NCBI GenBank assembly: GCA_965208835.1
Contig: OZ242358.1
Location: 2,528,001 to 2,592,000 of the forward strand
Direction: 5' to 3'
Origin: Candidatus Latescibacterota bacterium
Lineage (GTDB): Bacteria > Latescibacterota > UBA2968 > GCA-2709665
Length of the DNA: 64,000 nucleotides
Positions 48,988 through 59,116 of this stretch are shown in pieces. A program made the translations under genes and the position numbers. The notes below the pieces were generated by a model that saw only the letters and a list, made by a program, of their open reading frames with translations, searched no databases and had not been told where the DNA came from. Within the stretch, counting starts at the first letter, position 1; each line of letters begins with the position of its first letter.

Positions 48988-49743
48988 ATGCCAAGAGGCC
49001 GCTGCCATTTTGCATTGCTGGCAGCCCTGCACGAGCGATTTCACCGGGAGTGCCCCGAGGCGGCGGCGCTCGCGGATGCACATACGCCCGACCTGCTCGC
49101 CGGTACGTGTGCGCCGGACGGACTGCGTTTTGTCGGCAAGAGGGGTAAGTTTGCCACCCATTTCTATTCGGACGATCGCCGTGACACGTGGGGGCGGTCG
49201 GTTGCGGGGCTGTTCGGGGCCCACCCGGACCTGGCCGATCCAAGGCGGCTTTCCGGTGCGGATGTCGCCATGATGCTCGGGTACATTTCTCACCTCACCG
49301 TGGACGAGGCATTCCGGGATGAGGTAACCGTCCACGTATACGGTATCGAAGACTGGCGACCGATAATAATGGGTCTGTGGTCCATGGTGGACGGGTTCGG
49401 CATCGGCAACGCCAGCTACATGGCAGCGATTCACCGATTCGGACGCAAAGACAGCGTCGGCTTTATCGATTGCGGGGTTGTGGGCGAATACCTCGACCTG
49501 GTCAAGCCGTGGGCGCTGGAGGACGACCCCTGGGAACTGGAGCGCATATTTCTCAGGTTGCGACGATGCGACACGCCGGAACACGAAGCGCGGCGCACCT
49601 GGGAGCGGAATGTCGCGATGGCGGCGCCGTTTCTCGATGACGCCCGGCGAATGCGGTTTCACAGGGCGGCCGTGGACGAAGGAATGGAAGAGACCCTTCG
49701 ATACCTGAAGGGGAATTATGCTCTACAGAAAAGGGGTGACTGA
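48988..49743 (+). CDS. Zinc-dependent phospholipase C/P1 nuclease-like protein
   Basis: AAAGGA SD; N-terminal His, AGTCAPD, THFY and LGYISHLTVD. Confidence 0.65.
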   Translation: MPRGRCHFALLAALHERFHRECPEAAALADAHTPDLLAGTCAPDGLRFVGKRGKFATHFYSDDRRDTWGRSVAGLFGAHPDLADPRRLSGADVAMMLGYISHLTVDEAFRDEVTVHVYGIEDWRPIIMGLWSMVDGFGIGNASYMAAIHRFGRKDSVGFIDCGVVGEYLDLVKPWALEDDPWELERIFLRLRRCDTPEHEARRTWERNVAMAAPFLDDARRMRFHRAAVDEGMEETLRYLKGNYALQKRGD

Positions 49744-50750
49744 TGACATCTTACCGCGTGGGTGTGATTGGATGCGGGGGCATTGGCGTCGAACATGCGT
49801 CGGGACTCCTGAACCTGGAGAATGCGACCCTGTCCGCCGCGTGCGACCTGGAGGAATCCACACTTGTCGATTTCAGAGACCGCTGGCAATCCGAGTGGCC
49901 CGGTCTCAATACATATTCGAATCACCGTGACATGCTGGCGAAAGAGGACCTGGATATTGTTACGGTAGCGACGTCCGACCACAGGCATGCGGACCTGGTC
50001 GTGGATGCGGCCAACGCGGGGGTAAAGGGAATCTTTTGTGAAAAACCCCTTGCGACCAATCTGGCGGACGCGGACCGGATGGTTTACGCCGCTGAACGCA
50101 ACGGCGCGATTCTCTCCGTCGATCACACAAGGCGCTTCCAGCCGCTATGGCGCTACGTCAAGGAAGAGATCGTGGATGGTGGAGAGATCGGATCCGTTCA
50201 GCAGATCGTGGCGGCGCTGAACGGTCCACGTTCCATGTTGTTCAGAAACGGTACGCATCTGGTGGATTCGATCTGTTATTATGCGGACTCGGAGCCGGAC
50301 TGGGTGTTTGCGGAGCTGGAAGCCGGTTACGAGGATTACGCGGAGTACAGGGGCGATGGCGGTCACGACCCGGCTACCGAACCGTCGGCGAGCGGATACA
50401 TCCATTTCGCCAACGGCGTGAGGGGCTTTTTCGCGGGCGGTTCAAAAGCCTCCGCCGGTCCCAAGTTCAAGTGTGAAATCGTGGGCACGACCGGTTCCGT
50501 CGAAATCGGCCGTGTAAGCGCCTTGCTCGTTCGCGACCGTGAACGGGAAGAGATCCAGGCGCCCGAGTGGCCCGTCAGCGGTATTCGCGCCGGAGTCCAG
50601 GAACTGGTGCGCCTGGTCGATAGCGGCGGCCAGCCGGTTTCGCCGGCAAAGGACGCACACCGGGTCGTTGAGATCATGATCGGGTTTCTGGAATCACAGC
50701 GGCTGGGAAACGTCAGGGTGGATCTCCCTATTCCTCTCGAGCGCAGGTGA
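49743..50750 (+). CDS. Gfo/Idh/MocA family oxidoreductase
   Basis: VIGCGGIG, DLDIVTVAT, CEKPLA and GTHLVD. Confidence 0.93.
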   Translation: MTSYRVGVIGCGGIGVEHASGLLNLENATLSAACDLEESTLVDFRDRWQSEWPGLNTYSNHRDMLAKEDLDIVTVATSDHRHADLVVDAANAGVKGIFCEKPLATNLADADRMVYAAERNGAILSVDHTRRFQPLWRYVKEEIVDGGEIGSVQQIVAALNGPRSMLFRNGTHLVDSICYYADSEPDWVFAELEAGYEDYAEYRGDGGHDPATEPSASGYIHFANGVRGFFAGGSKASAGPKFKCEIVGTTGSVEIGRVSALLVRDREREEIQAPEWPVSGIRAGVQELVRLVDSGGQPVSPAKDAHRVVEIMIGFLESQRLGNVRVDLPIPLERR

Positions 50751-50991
50751 TTATAGCGGACGGAGGCGTCAAAAAACCTCGATAGTGCTTGCCCGGTTGC
50801 CGAAGAGACGCTATTTTATTCATTTCCTTTCGAATTTCAACCTGCGGGACGCCCAGGCCGTTGAGCCTGACGCGAAACCCCGTTGTTTCCGCGAAGTCGT
50901 CCCGTTTACCGGAAACGCTCGAGGCCAATCCGGGATCGTCTTCACCCCGCAGTCGAGACATGGTGCGTCAACATGATAGGAGAGTCCGGTA

Positions 50992-51381
50992 ATGTTAAAC
51001 TTTGAGCATACGGCGTTTCTCGTTGAGGATACAAAGTCCGTGGCGGATTGGTGGTGCGAGCATCTGGGCATGGAAGTGGTCCGGTACGGTGGCCCTCCTT
51101 CTCACATGACCTTTCTTAGAGACGCCTCCGGGAAAACCATGTTCGAAATTTACGAGAAAGATACGCTGAAAACCCCAGACTATGCTTCGATGCATGTTTC
51201 AGTACTCCACTTCGCGTTCTACACGGACGACATCGAGCGGGAACGCGACCGGTTGCTTGACGCCGGGGCGCAGGTCGTAGACGACGTGTACACGACGGAT
51301 GCCGGCGATCAGTTGGCAATGCTGCGTGATCCGTGGGGAGTGGCTATCCAGGTCCTGAAGCGGAAGGATCCCATGGTATGA
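50992..51381 (+). CDS. VOC/glyoxalase family protein
   Basis: FEHTAFLV, WCEHLGM, LHFAF and LRDPWG. Confidence 0.9.
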   Translation: MLNFEHTAFLVEDTKSVADWWCEHLGMEVVRYGGPPSHMTFLRDASGKTMFEIYEKDTLKTPDYASMHVSVLHFAFYTDDIERERDRLLDAGAQVVDDVYTTDAGDQLAMLRDPWGVAIQVLKRKDPMV

Positions 51382-51396
51382 TGGCGATCCGGATGC

Positions 51397-51588
51397 TAAG
51401 AAGCTGTTTTAAAATTCCTGGTGAGTCCCGAGCGCGAGCGAAAATGTGTCGGTCAAGGCGGGCAAATTCGACTATGAGAGGCGAGCAAGCGCAGCCTCGA
51501 TCTCGTAAGACGGGTGGATTTGACCAACGCAGGCCGACGCTTTTGCAGCCGCGCGAAGACCGCCGGGGGTTTTTAAGACAGCTTCTAA
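51397..51588. mobile_element. MITE-like palindromic element (family A, copy 2)
   Basis: TAA-GAAGCTGTTTTAAAATTCC ... GGGGTTTTTAAGACAGCTTC-TAA, i.e. TIRs with a TAA target-site duplication. Confidence 0.78.
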
Positions 51589-51627
51589 GGATGAACGCGG
51601 TCCCGCACGTGTTGCCCGGGAGAGGCG

Positions 51628-52716
51628 ATGCCGATCATTGAGGTTGAATCGCTGGAGCAGGTCTGCGCAGGGGTTCTGGAAGGCGCGGGGTTATCGGGAA
51701 CGGAGGCGCAAAGAATCTCTCATTCGCTTGTTCTCGCGAATCTGATGGGCCACGATTCCCACGGCGTTATCCGGCTTCCGCAGTATGTGCAGGCCCTGGA
51801 GGAAGGTATTGTAAAGGGCGGGCGCGACATTCGCGTCGTCCGCGAGGCGGACGCATCGGCGGTGGTCGACGGGCAGTGGGGTTTCGGCCAGACGGTCTGC
51901 GCGCAGGCCATGGAACTGGCGACAAGAAAAGCCCGGGAGCGGTCCGTCGCCGCGGTGGAGTTGTTCAACAGCAGCCATATCGGCCGCCTCGGAGAATACG
52001 TGGAACAGGCCGCGGAAAGAGGCATGGTCGGTGTGGTCATGTGTAACAACCACGGCGGCGGCCGTCTGCTTTCGCCGTTCGGCGGGATCGACGCGAGGAT
52101 GTCTCCCAATCCCGTGGCCGTTGGCGTTCCTACGGGCGGCGACTTTACAATCGTCGTGGATATGACAACCAGCGTGGTTGCCGAAGGCAAGATTCGGGTG
52201 AAGCGTAACCGCGGAGAGCCCCTGCCGCAGGATTGGGCGATAGACGCGGAGGGCAGACCCGTGGAACGGCCTGAGGATTTCTACGGCCCGCCGCGAGGGG
52301 CGATTCTGCCCTTCGGCGGAAACGCCGCGCACAAGGGTTACGCACTGGCGGTCGTCATCGACATTCTTTCGGGCGCCCTCGGCGGCGGCGGGTGCAGCCG
52401 GGCCGGAGCCCCGTCCGGCGGAAACGGCGTATTCCTGATGGCGATCGATATTCAGGCGTTTACCCCGCCGGAACGATTCAGGGACGAGGTGGACGGCTTT
52501 GTCGGCTATTTGAAGACTTCGAGGCTGATGCCGGGATTCGACCGCATCCACCTGCCAGGTGAAATCGAATACCGTCTTCGACAAAAGGGTGAAGCGGAGG
52601 GCGTATTCGTGGATGACGAGACTTGGCGTCAGATCTGCGAGACGGGCGAAGGAGCGGGAACGGCCGACGGTGGAGCGTCAACCAATGATTCGAAACCGCA
52701 AACGGGAGGTCACTGA
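51628..52716 (+). CDS. Ldh_2 family (malate/L-sulfolactate/ureidoglycolate dehydrogenase-like) oxidoreductase
   Basis: ANLMGHDSHGV.RL, DGQWGFG, SHIGRLG, NPVA, DMTTS, GGNAAHKGYAL and LPGE. Confidence 0.92.
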   Translation: MPIIEVESLEQVCAGVLEGAGLSGTEAQRISHSLVLANLMGHDSHGVIRLPQYVQALEEGIVKGGRDIRVVREADASAVVDGQWGFGQTVCAQAMELATRKARERSVAAVELFNSSHIGRLGEYVEQAAERGMVGVVMCNNHGGGRLLSPFGGIDARMSPNPVAVGVPTGGDFTIVVDMTTSVVAEGKIRVKRNRGEPLPQDWAIDAEGRPVERPEDFYGPPRGAILPFGGNAAHKGYALAVVIDILSGALGGGGCSRAGAPSGGNGVFLMAIDIQAFTPPERFRDEVDGFVGYLKTSRLMPGFDRIHLPGEIEYRLRQKGEAEGVFVDDETWRQICETGEGAGTADGGASTNDSKPQTGGH

Positions 52717-53486
52717 TGGCGACCATCAAGATCACACTGCTGGGGCACGCGTCTTTCCGACTGGAACCGGATACCGGTGAGGTGGTCTATTTCGATCCGT
52801 GGCTGAATAACAACCCCACAACCGAATTGAGTGTGTCAGACATTGCGCACGCCGACGTGGTAATCGCGACGCATGGTCACGACGATCATATCGGCGACTC
52901 CTTTGAAATCTGCAAAAGCACCGGCGCCGTATTTGCCGGCAACTACGAACTTTGCCTGACCGCGGAGAAAAACGGCCTCGCCCTGGGAGAACGGGCGCAG
53001 CCGATGAATCCGGGCGGCACCATCGAGGTTAACGGCGTGCGCATTACCGCTACCCAGGCTTTCCATTCGCTCTCGATGTCGCCGAATCAGGCGCTGGGCG
53101 ATGCGCCGGAGGATGATTACTTCCGTCCGGACGGCGGCGTCTGCGGGATCGTGATGCAGTTTTCGAACGGCATTTCCGTTTACGATACGGCGGATACGGC
53201 GTTGTTCAGCGATATGCAGCTGATCAGCCAGATGTATGGACCCCAGGTGGCCATTCTTCCGGTCGGCGGTCTTTACACGATGGGAATCCGGGAAGCGGCC
53301 CGCGCGGCGAGCCTGATTCGTCCGGATATCGTCATTCCGTGCCACTACGGTGAGGCGGTGGGTCAGCCGGCGGATATCGGTGGCTTTGAGGAAATGGTCG
53401 GGTTTCTGTCTCCGAATACAAACGTCGTGAAACTCGAACCCGGGCAGTCCGTGACGTATGCGTCCGCCAGCTTTGAGGTTTCGTAG
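52716..53486 (+). CDS. Metallo-beta-lactamase-fold hydrolase (UPF0173-like)
   Basis: LGHASF, DPWL..NP, THGHDDHIGD, AFHS, DTALFSDM, LPVGG.YTMG and IPCHY. Confidence 0.9.
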   Translation: MATIKITLLGHASFRLEPDTGEVVYFDPWLNNNPTTELSVSDIAHADVVIATHGHDDHIGDSFEICKSTGAVFAGNYELCLTAEKNGLALGERAQPMNPGGTIEVNGVRITATQAFHSLSMSPNQALGDAPEDDYFRPDGGVCGIVMQFSNGISVYDTADTALFSDMQLISQMYGPQVAILPVGGLYTMGIREAARAASLIRPDIVIPCHYGEAVGQPADIGGFEEMVGFLSPNTNVVKLEPGQSVTYASASFEVS

Positions 53487-53648
53487 AATTCACAGGCACG
53501 TCAGATTGGTGATCCCAGCAGATGGAAAGGACGGGTACCCCACGCCGAAGCAGTGTCGGATTTCGCGAGGCTGGCGCCGAAAGTTTACATGCTGCTAACG
53601 GGATGATACCGGAGACGGCACGAAGGAGGCGAAGAAAGGAAGGCACGT

Positions 53649-54464
53649 GTGGCGCAGGATCAGACCAACGCCGTTGTATCACAAAAGATCGAACTTGCCC
53701 CCGAGTTGATCATTCTGCAGGTGAGGGCCGACGGATGGGAACTACCGGAGTTCGAGCCGGGTCAGTTTGCCGTCCTGGGCCTTCCCGGCATGGCCCCCCG
53801 AAGCGAACGGTCCGAGACCGAGACAGATGCACCCGATCCGAAACGGCTGATCCGCCGGGCGTACTCGATCGCGTCGTCGTCCATGGCGCGGGAACATATG
53901 GAGTTCTACATTAATGTCGTCCATTCAGGCGCACTTACGCCGAGGTTGTTCGCGCTGGAACAGGGTGACCGTGTCTGGCTGGGTCCCAAGGTGTCAGGCG
54001 CCTTCACGCTGGATCAGGCGCCCGGGACCGCGGATGTCGTGCTTGTGGCGACCGGGACCGGGCTCGCTCCGTACATGAGCATGCTGCGCACCCGCCTGCC
54101 GAGAGACAACGGACGCCGCTTTGCCGTTCTGCACGGCGTCCGTCAATCGTGGGATCTGGGCTATCGGTCGGAACTGACCATTATGCAGCAATTGTGCAGC
54201 AACCTGACGTATCTGTCGTTGATCAGCCGTCCGGCCAACGAGCACATACCCTGGAACGGTCTGACTGGCTACGTTCAGGATCTCTGGGCGGGCGGCATTC
54301 TGGAAGAGGCCTGGGGAAAACACCCGAAACCGCAAGATACACAGGTCTTCCTGTGCGGCAACCCGAAGATGTGCGAGGACATGCTCGCCCTTCTCGAGTC
54401 TGAAGGATTCAGCGAGCATACGCGAAAGACAGTGGGCCAGGTGCATATCGAGCGCTACTGGTAG
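53649..54464 (+). CDS. fpr: Ferredoxin--NADP+ reductase
   Basis: FEPGQF, RRAYSIAS, GALTPRL, ATGTGLAPY, CGNPKM and C-terminal ERYW. Confidence 0.9.
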   Translation: MAQDQTNAVVSQKIELAPELIILQVRADGWELPEFEPGQFAVLGLPGMAPRSERSETETDAPDPKRLIRRAYSIASSSMAREHMEFYINVVHSGALTPRLFALEQGDRVWLGPKVSGAFTLDQAPGTADVVLVATGTGLAPYMSMLRTRLPRDNGRRFAVLHGVRQSWDLGYRSELTIMQQLCSNLTYLSLISRPANEHIPWNGLTGYVQDLWAGGILEEAWGKHPKPQDTQVFLCGNPKMCEDMLALLESEGFSEHTRKTVGQVHIERYW

Positions 54465-54553
54465 AGGAGCAAGGCGACTGACCGGGCGAGTCGCCTGCAT
54501 TGCGGCTTCCCGGAGAAACAGCGATTGGTTCCCGGGTCGTCGTCGAGGACGCG

Positions 54554-56173
54554 ATGAATAGCGGGACATCACTGAGTTACGATGGCATTATCGTCGGAGC
54601 CGGGCACAACAGTCTCATCCTGCAGGCATATCTCGGGCGCGCGGGGCTCAAGGTGCTGTGTATCGAACGGAGAAGCGTACCCGGCGGCGGGCTGGAGACG
54701 ATCGAAGACGCACGGAATCCGGGATTTCTGCACAATACGCATTCGTTCTACCATCGTGCCCTGAACACGATGCCGTGGTACCGCGATCTGGACCTCGAAC
54801 GACGCGGAGCGGTATACCTGGAGCCGGCGTTGAACGTTGTCCTCCTGTCAGAGGCCGGCGAAGCGCTGGAATGGTGGACGGACTTCGAAAGAACGGCCGA
54901 CTCGTTCGCGCGTTTCAGCAGCCAGGACGCTGCGACGCTGAGGAGGTGGCGCGAAGAATTCCTGCCGATTGTTGAACGGATAATCGTACCTGAAGCGCAG
55001 GCGCCCCCGCTGGAACCCGCCCGGCGGCGCGCCCTGCTTGAAAAAAGCAGGGAGGGCCGACTGCTGCTCGAGGTCAGCAGATTGTCCCCGCTCGAATTTG
55101 TCCGCAGGGAATTCAGGCATCCGGTGATTCAGGCCGGATTGCTTTTTTTTAACGGCTTGCGTGAAGTCGATCTACGGTGCCCGGGGTTCGGACACCACAT
55201 TGCCGCGCTCCTGGCCAGTTCGGGCAAGGCGCAGATGTGTCGCGGGGGATCGGTCGTCCTCGCCCGGGCGCTGGTGTCGGCCGTTCGGGAGAGCGGCGGC
55301 GAACTGCGCCTCGATACGGAACCCGGACGCTTCATCCGGGAAGGAAATCGGGTTGTCGGAGTGGAGACGACGTCGGGCGAGCGTTTCATGGCCCGGCGTT
55401 TTGTCGTATCCGGTCTGAACCCGCATCAGACGTTTCTGGATCTCCTGGATGAAGATGCGCTGCCGGGTGCATGGCGGGAACGTGCGAAGGCGTTCAGATA
55501 CAATCTCATTGCCCCTCTGTTCGCCCTGAATCTCAACCTGAACGAACCGCCTCGCTATCCCGCCGCCGAGATCCGTCCGCACTTGGAAAAGGCGTTTATG
55601 GTCATTCTGGGACTGGATCACGTGGAACGGTACCTGGAGATGGTGGCATGTCACCACGCGGGACGAAAACCGCCGAACATCATGTGGGGGAGTTGTCCAA
55701 CCCTGTTCGATCCATCGCAGGCACCGGCGGGGAAGCATACCGCGTTTATGTGGGAGAAGACACCGTACCGGCTGCATGGTGATCCGACGCGTTGGGATTC
55801 GGAGCGGGACCGTCTGGGACAGGAAATGCTGGAGGCGTGGTGCCGATATGCGCCGAACGTGAAGGATAACCTCATATCCTGGTTCGCGCGCAGCCCGCTG
55901 GACGTGGAGCGCACGTTTCCGAATATGAGAGAGGGGGACCTTCTCGTTGGCGCGTTCACAAACGGCCAGATCGGTTTCAATCGTCCGTTTCCGGGAGCCG
56001 GCGGCTACAGGACGCACCTTCGGGGGCTGTATCTGTGCGGCTCCTGCTGTCACCCGGGCGGCAACATTACGGGTCTGCCCGGATACAACTGCGCGCAGGT
56101 GATTCTGCGGGACCTCGGGATCCACGCAGACTGGATGCCGGGGCCGGTCGAAAGGCGGTTGGATCGTCTATGA
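54554..56173 (+). CDS. Phytoene desaturase-like FAD-dependent oxidoreductase (COG1233)
   Basis: IVGAGHNSL...IERR..PGG, DPSQAPAGKH and YRT.LRGLYLCGSCCHPGGNITGLPGYNCA. Confidence 0.88.
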   Translation: MNSGTSLSYDGIIVGAGHNSLILQAYLGRAGLKVLCIERRSVPGGGLETIEDARNPGFLHNTHSFYHRALNTMPWYRDLDLERRGAVYLEPALNVVLLSEAGEALEWWTDFERTADSFARFSSQDAATLRRWREEFLPIVERIIVPEAQAPPLEPARRRALLEKSREGRLLLEVSRLSPLEFVRREFRHPVIQAGLLFFNGLREVDLRCPGFGHHIAALLASSGKAQMCRGGSVVLARALVSAVRESGGELRLDTEPGRFIREGNRVVGVETTSGERFMARRFVVSGLNPHQTFLDLLDEDALPGAWRERAKAFRYNLIAPLFALNLNLNEPPRYPAAEIRPHLEKAFMVILGLDHVERYLEMVACHHAGRKPPNIMWGSCPTLFDPSQAPAGKHTAFMWEKTPYRLHGDPTRWDSERDRLGQEMLEAWCRYAPNVKDNLISWFARSPLDVERTFPNMREGDLLVGAFTNGQIGFNRPFPGAGGYRTHLRGLYLCGSCCHPGGNITGLPGYNCAQVILRDLGIHADWMPGPVERRLDRL

Positions 56174-57288
56174 TTCAACCCACGATTTCCTATCTGACCG
56201 ATGTGTATTTCGGATTCGGCGTCTCGGATGTCGTGCCGGACCTGCTCGCGGCGTACGGCATACGCCGGCCGCTCCTGGTGACCGATCCGGGCCTGAGCGA
56301 TCTGGGTATCGCGAAGCGCGTCTGCCTGCATGACGCGCCCGTATACTCCGGCGTCAAGACCAACCCTTCGGAGCCGCAGGTACTGGATGCGCTCGAAGTC
56401 TACAGGACGGGACGGTGCGACGGACTGGTCGCGGTGGGAGGCGGTTCGTCCATAGATCTCGCGAAATGCGCCGGCATTCTGGTTGGTCACGAAGGGCCGC
56501 TCGAGTCCTATGCGTTGCGTCGGGGCGGGACGGAACGGATCACGCGCCGCATCCCGCCGATTGTCGCCGTGCCAACCACCGCCGGTAGCGGGAGCGAGGT
56601 GGGCAGGGCCGCGCTGGTGACGTTGGGATCCGGCGACAAGGTGGCAATCCTGAGCCGCTATCTGACGCCCGCGGCCGCGGTGTGCGATCCGGAACTGACG
56701 CTGACAATGCCGCCTGCCCTGAGCGCCGGCACGGGTATGGACGCGATTTCACATTGCGTGGAGACGTTCTGCAGCACACGATACAACCCCGTTGCCGACG
56801 CGATCGCGCTCGACGGACTGCAACGCGGCTGTCGTCACATTGCAACCGTGTTTGGTGACGGTAGAAACAGAGAGGCGAGGAAGGGGATGATGATGTGCGC
56901 GTTGCAGGGCGGTCTGGCGTTTCAGAAGAGCCTCGGCGCAGTGCACAGCCTGAGCCATCCGTTGGGGTCGCTGGACAGATCATTGCATCACGGTACGCTC
57001 AATGGCCTGTTTCTTCCCGCCGTCCTGAGGTTCAATGCCGATTACTGCGCTGACAGACTCGACGCGATGGCGCGGCGGCTGCGCCTGAAGAAGGGGTCCG
57101 ATATACCGGAATATTTCGAGGCGCTGAACAGGCAGTTGGGCATACCGGAGTCGTTGTCGGACCTGGGTGTGACCCGGGAAGTTCTGGAACCGCTCGCGGC
57201 GAAGGCGGCGGCGGACCATTGCAGCCCCACAAACCCGAGGCCGCTGGATGAAGCCGCGTGCCGGATGCTCTATCTGTCCGTTTTGTAG
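56170..57288 (+). CDS. Iron-containing alcohol dehydrogenase
   Basis: LVTDPG, GGGSSID.AK, PTTAGSGSE, GMDAISH.E, HSLSH and HHG; ATGA overlap with the upstream gene. Confidence 0.93.
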   Translation: MIQPTISYLTDVYFGFGVSDVVPDLLAAYGIRRPLLVTDPGLSDLGIAKRVCLHDAPVYSGVKTNPSEPQVLDALEVYRTGRCDGLVAVGGGSSIDLAKCAGILVGHEGPLESYALRRGGTERITRRIPPIVAVPTTAGSGSEVGRAALVTLGSGDKVAILSRYLTPAAAVCDPELTLTMPPALSAGTGMDAISHCVETFCSTRYNPVADAIALDGLQRGCRHIATVFGDGRNREARKGMMMCALQGGLAFQKSLGAVHSLSHPLGSLDRSLHHGTLNGLFLPAVLRFNADYCADRLDAMARRLRLKKGSDIPEYFEALNRQLGIPESLSDLGVTREVLEPLAAKAAADHCSPTNPRPLDEAACRMLYLSVL

Positions 57289-57296
57289 GAGGTTCT

Positions 57297-58148
57297 ATGT
57301 CAAGCTTGACACAGGTGGGCGAAACCGGTTTGAAAGAGGCGTTCGATCGGGACGGATACGTGATATTGAAGTCGTTCCTGTCATCGAACGTTATCGAAGG
57401 GGTAAAAGAGGAGTTGACCGTTCTGGTCGACCGCCAGGCGGAGCGGTTGACAGCGGCGGGCAGAATTACGGATACCTTCCATCGTGCGCCGTTCGAAACC
57501 CGCATCGCGCGGTTGTTCGAACACTGCATGGACCTGGCGCCTACGTCATTCCGGCCCGAACTGCACGGACCCAGGCTGTTCGATCTGTTTTTTCACCCCT
57601 GCCTTCTGGATGTTGCAGAATTGCTCCTCGGCCCGGAGATCAGGTTGTATCCGAATTATACGGCCCGCCCTAAATTTCCTGAGTGGAAGGGAACGCTCGT
57701 GCTGTGGCATCAGGACGGGGGATACACGGCGCAGGCTGCCGAGGGCGTCGAGACGCTGAGGATGTTGAACGTCTGGGCGCCCCTCGTGCCCGCCACGGAG
57801 GAAAACGGCTGTATGCAGTTTGTGCCCGGTACGCACAAACTGGGTGTCGTGCCTCACGAAAAGCGGGAATATTACCTGGAGATCGCACGGGAGGAGCTGG
57901 ACTTGCGTCTGGGGCAGGCGGTCTCCATCGAAGTAGACCCCGGCGACGTGGTCCTGTTCCACAACCTCATGTTCCATTGCGGACTCCCCAACAGGACCCG
58001 CACGGTGCGCTGGAGCATGGACTGGCGGTACCAGGACGCGACTCAGTCTACAATGCGATCGCACAAAGGGCATCTGGCCAGGAGCGGTAGGGATCCGCGA
58101 GGCGTCGTCGGAAACCGGAGGGATTGGGCGGGACGGGAATTCCAATAG
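57297..58148 (+). CDS. Phytanoyl-CoA dioxygenase (PhyH) family Fe(II)/2OG oxygenase
   Basis: AGGAGG SD; FDRDGY, WHQDG, WAPL..AT.ENGC..VPGTH and GDVVLFH..MFH...N...R. Confidence 0.92.
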   Translation: MSSLTQVGETGLKEAFDRDGYVILKSFLSSNVIEGVKEELTVLVDRQAERLTAAGRITDTFHRAPFETRIARLFEHCMDLAPTSFRPELHGPRLFDLFFHPCLLDVAELLLGPEIRLYPNYTARPKFPEWKGTLVLWHQDGGYTAQAAEGVETLRMLNVWAPLVPATEENGCMQFVPGTHKLGVVPHEKREYYLEIAREELDLRLGQAVSIEVDPGDVVLFHNLMFHCGLPNRTRTVRWSMDWRYQDATQSTMRSHKGHLARSGRDPRGVVGNRRDWAGREFQ

Positions 58149-58287
58149 GCGGTGCGGCGAACCCGCGGCCGCCTTTAGCGTTGATCGGGCCGGACTGTAC
58201 GATGTCGCGAAAATTCGCTGGCCGGCGCAAGAAATCCGGTTTACGGTGCGGACGGGGTTTCTTAAAGACGTCGCCGCCTGTCAGCAC

Positions 58288-59103
58288 CTACATCCGCCAG
58301 ATTGCGTCATATATAGAAAGCACGAAACCGGCGCCGGTGGTGAGGAGAAGGAGCAGGGCGACCACCACGGTGAGACGGCCCTCGCGCCAGCGTGCGGACG
58401 AGACGAGGAGCCGTGAAGCGATCCAACCCCCGGCGAATCCGCCGAAGTGAGCCCAGTTGTTGACACCGTGCATGAGAAAGCCGAAAACGAACAGCATGAT
58501 AGCCCACTGCCATATCTGACGCGTCATCAGCGCGGCGAAACCGGTCTTCTGGCTGCGGCCATAGACGATGAGGGCGGCCAGGAGTCCGAAAATTGACCCT
58601 GAGGCGCCGAGCGTCGGGTAGCCGGATGCGACGTTGGAAAGGAGAAAACCAACGACGCCGCCCGCCGTGAAGATGATGAAATACCGCGCCGGACCGTAGA
58701 GATTGCCGACTTCCGGGCCCAGTTGCCGGATCCACAGCACGTTGAAGAGGATATGCAGCAAGCCGCCGTGCAGGTAGATGGCCGTGAACAGCGTCCACCA
58801 CGGCGCATTTCCGTACGTCAGGCCCAGGACGATCGTAGGACCCTGACCTGGCGAGAGCATGCTGAAGAAGCCGCCGCGCATGGACAGCGCGGAATCCAGG
58901 TCAAGGAGTAGACTCAGCACATAGAGTGCAATGCACGCGGTGGGAATCAGCGTGAGAACGTCGATTTTCGATCCAAAAAGCCGACTGAGTGCGGGGCCGA
59001 ACCCCCAGAGGCCCGGTCGGTAGGTGCCGCAGTACGGGCACTTTTTCTCTTCTGTGCTGATCAGGTTCCTGCATCCCGGGCAGACCATCGATGTCTGAGG
59101 CAT
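58288..59103 (-). CDS. Rhomboid intramembrane serine protease with N-terminal zinc ribbon
   Basis: CPGC..CPYCG; WTLFTAIYLHGGLLHILFN, GASG and NWAHFGG. Confidence 0.9.
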   Translation of the reverse strand: MPQTSMVCPGCRNLISTEEKKCPYCGTYRPGLWGFGPALSRLFGSKIDVLTLIPTACIALYVLSLLLDLDSALSMRGGFFSMLSPGQGPTIVLGLTYGNAPWWTLFTAIYLHGGLLHILFNVLWIRQLGPEVGNLYGPARYFIIFTAGGVVGFLLSNVASGYPTLGASGSIFGLLAALIVYGRSQKTGFAALMTRQIWQWAIMLFVFGFLMHGVNNWAHFGGFAGGWIASRLLVSSARWREGRLTVVVALLLLLTTGAGFVLSIYDAIWRM

Positions 59104-59116
59104 AACGACCCTCTGT

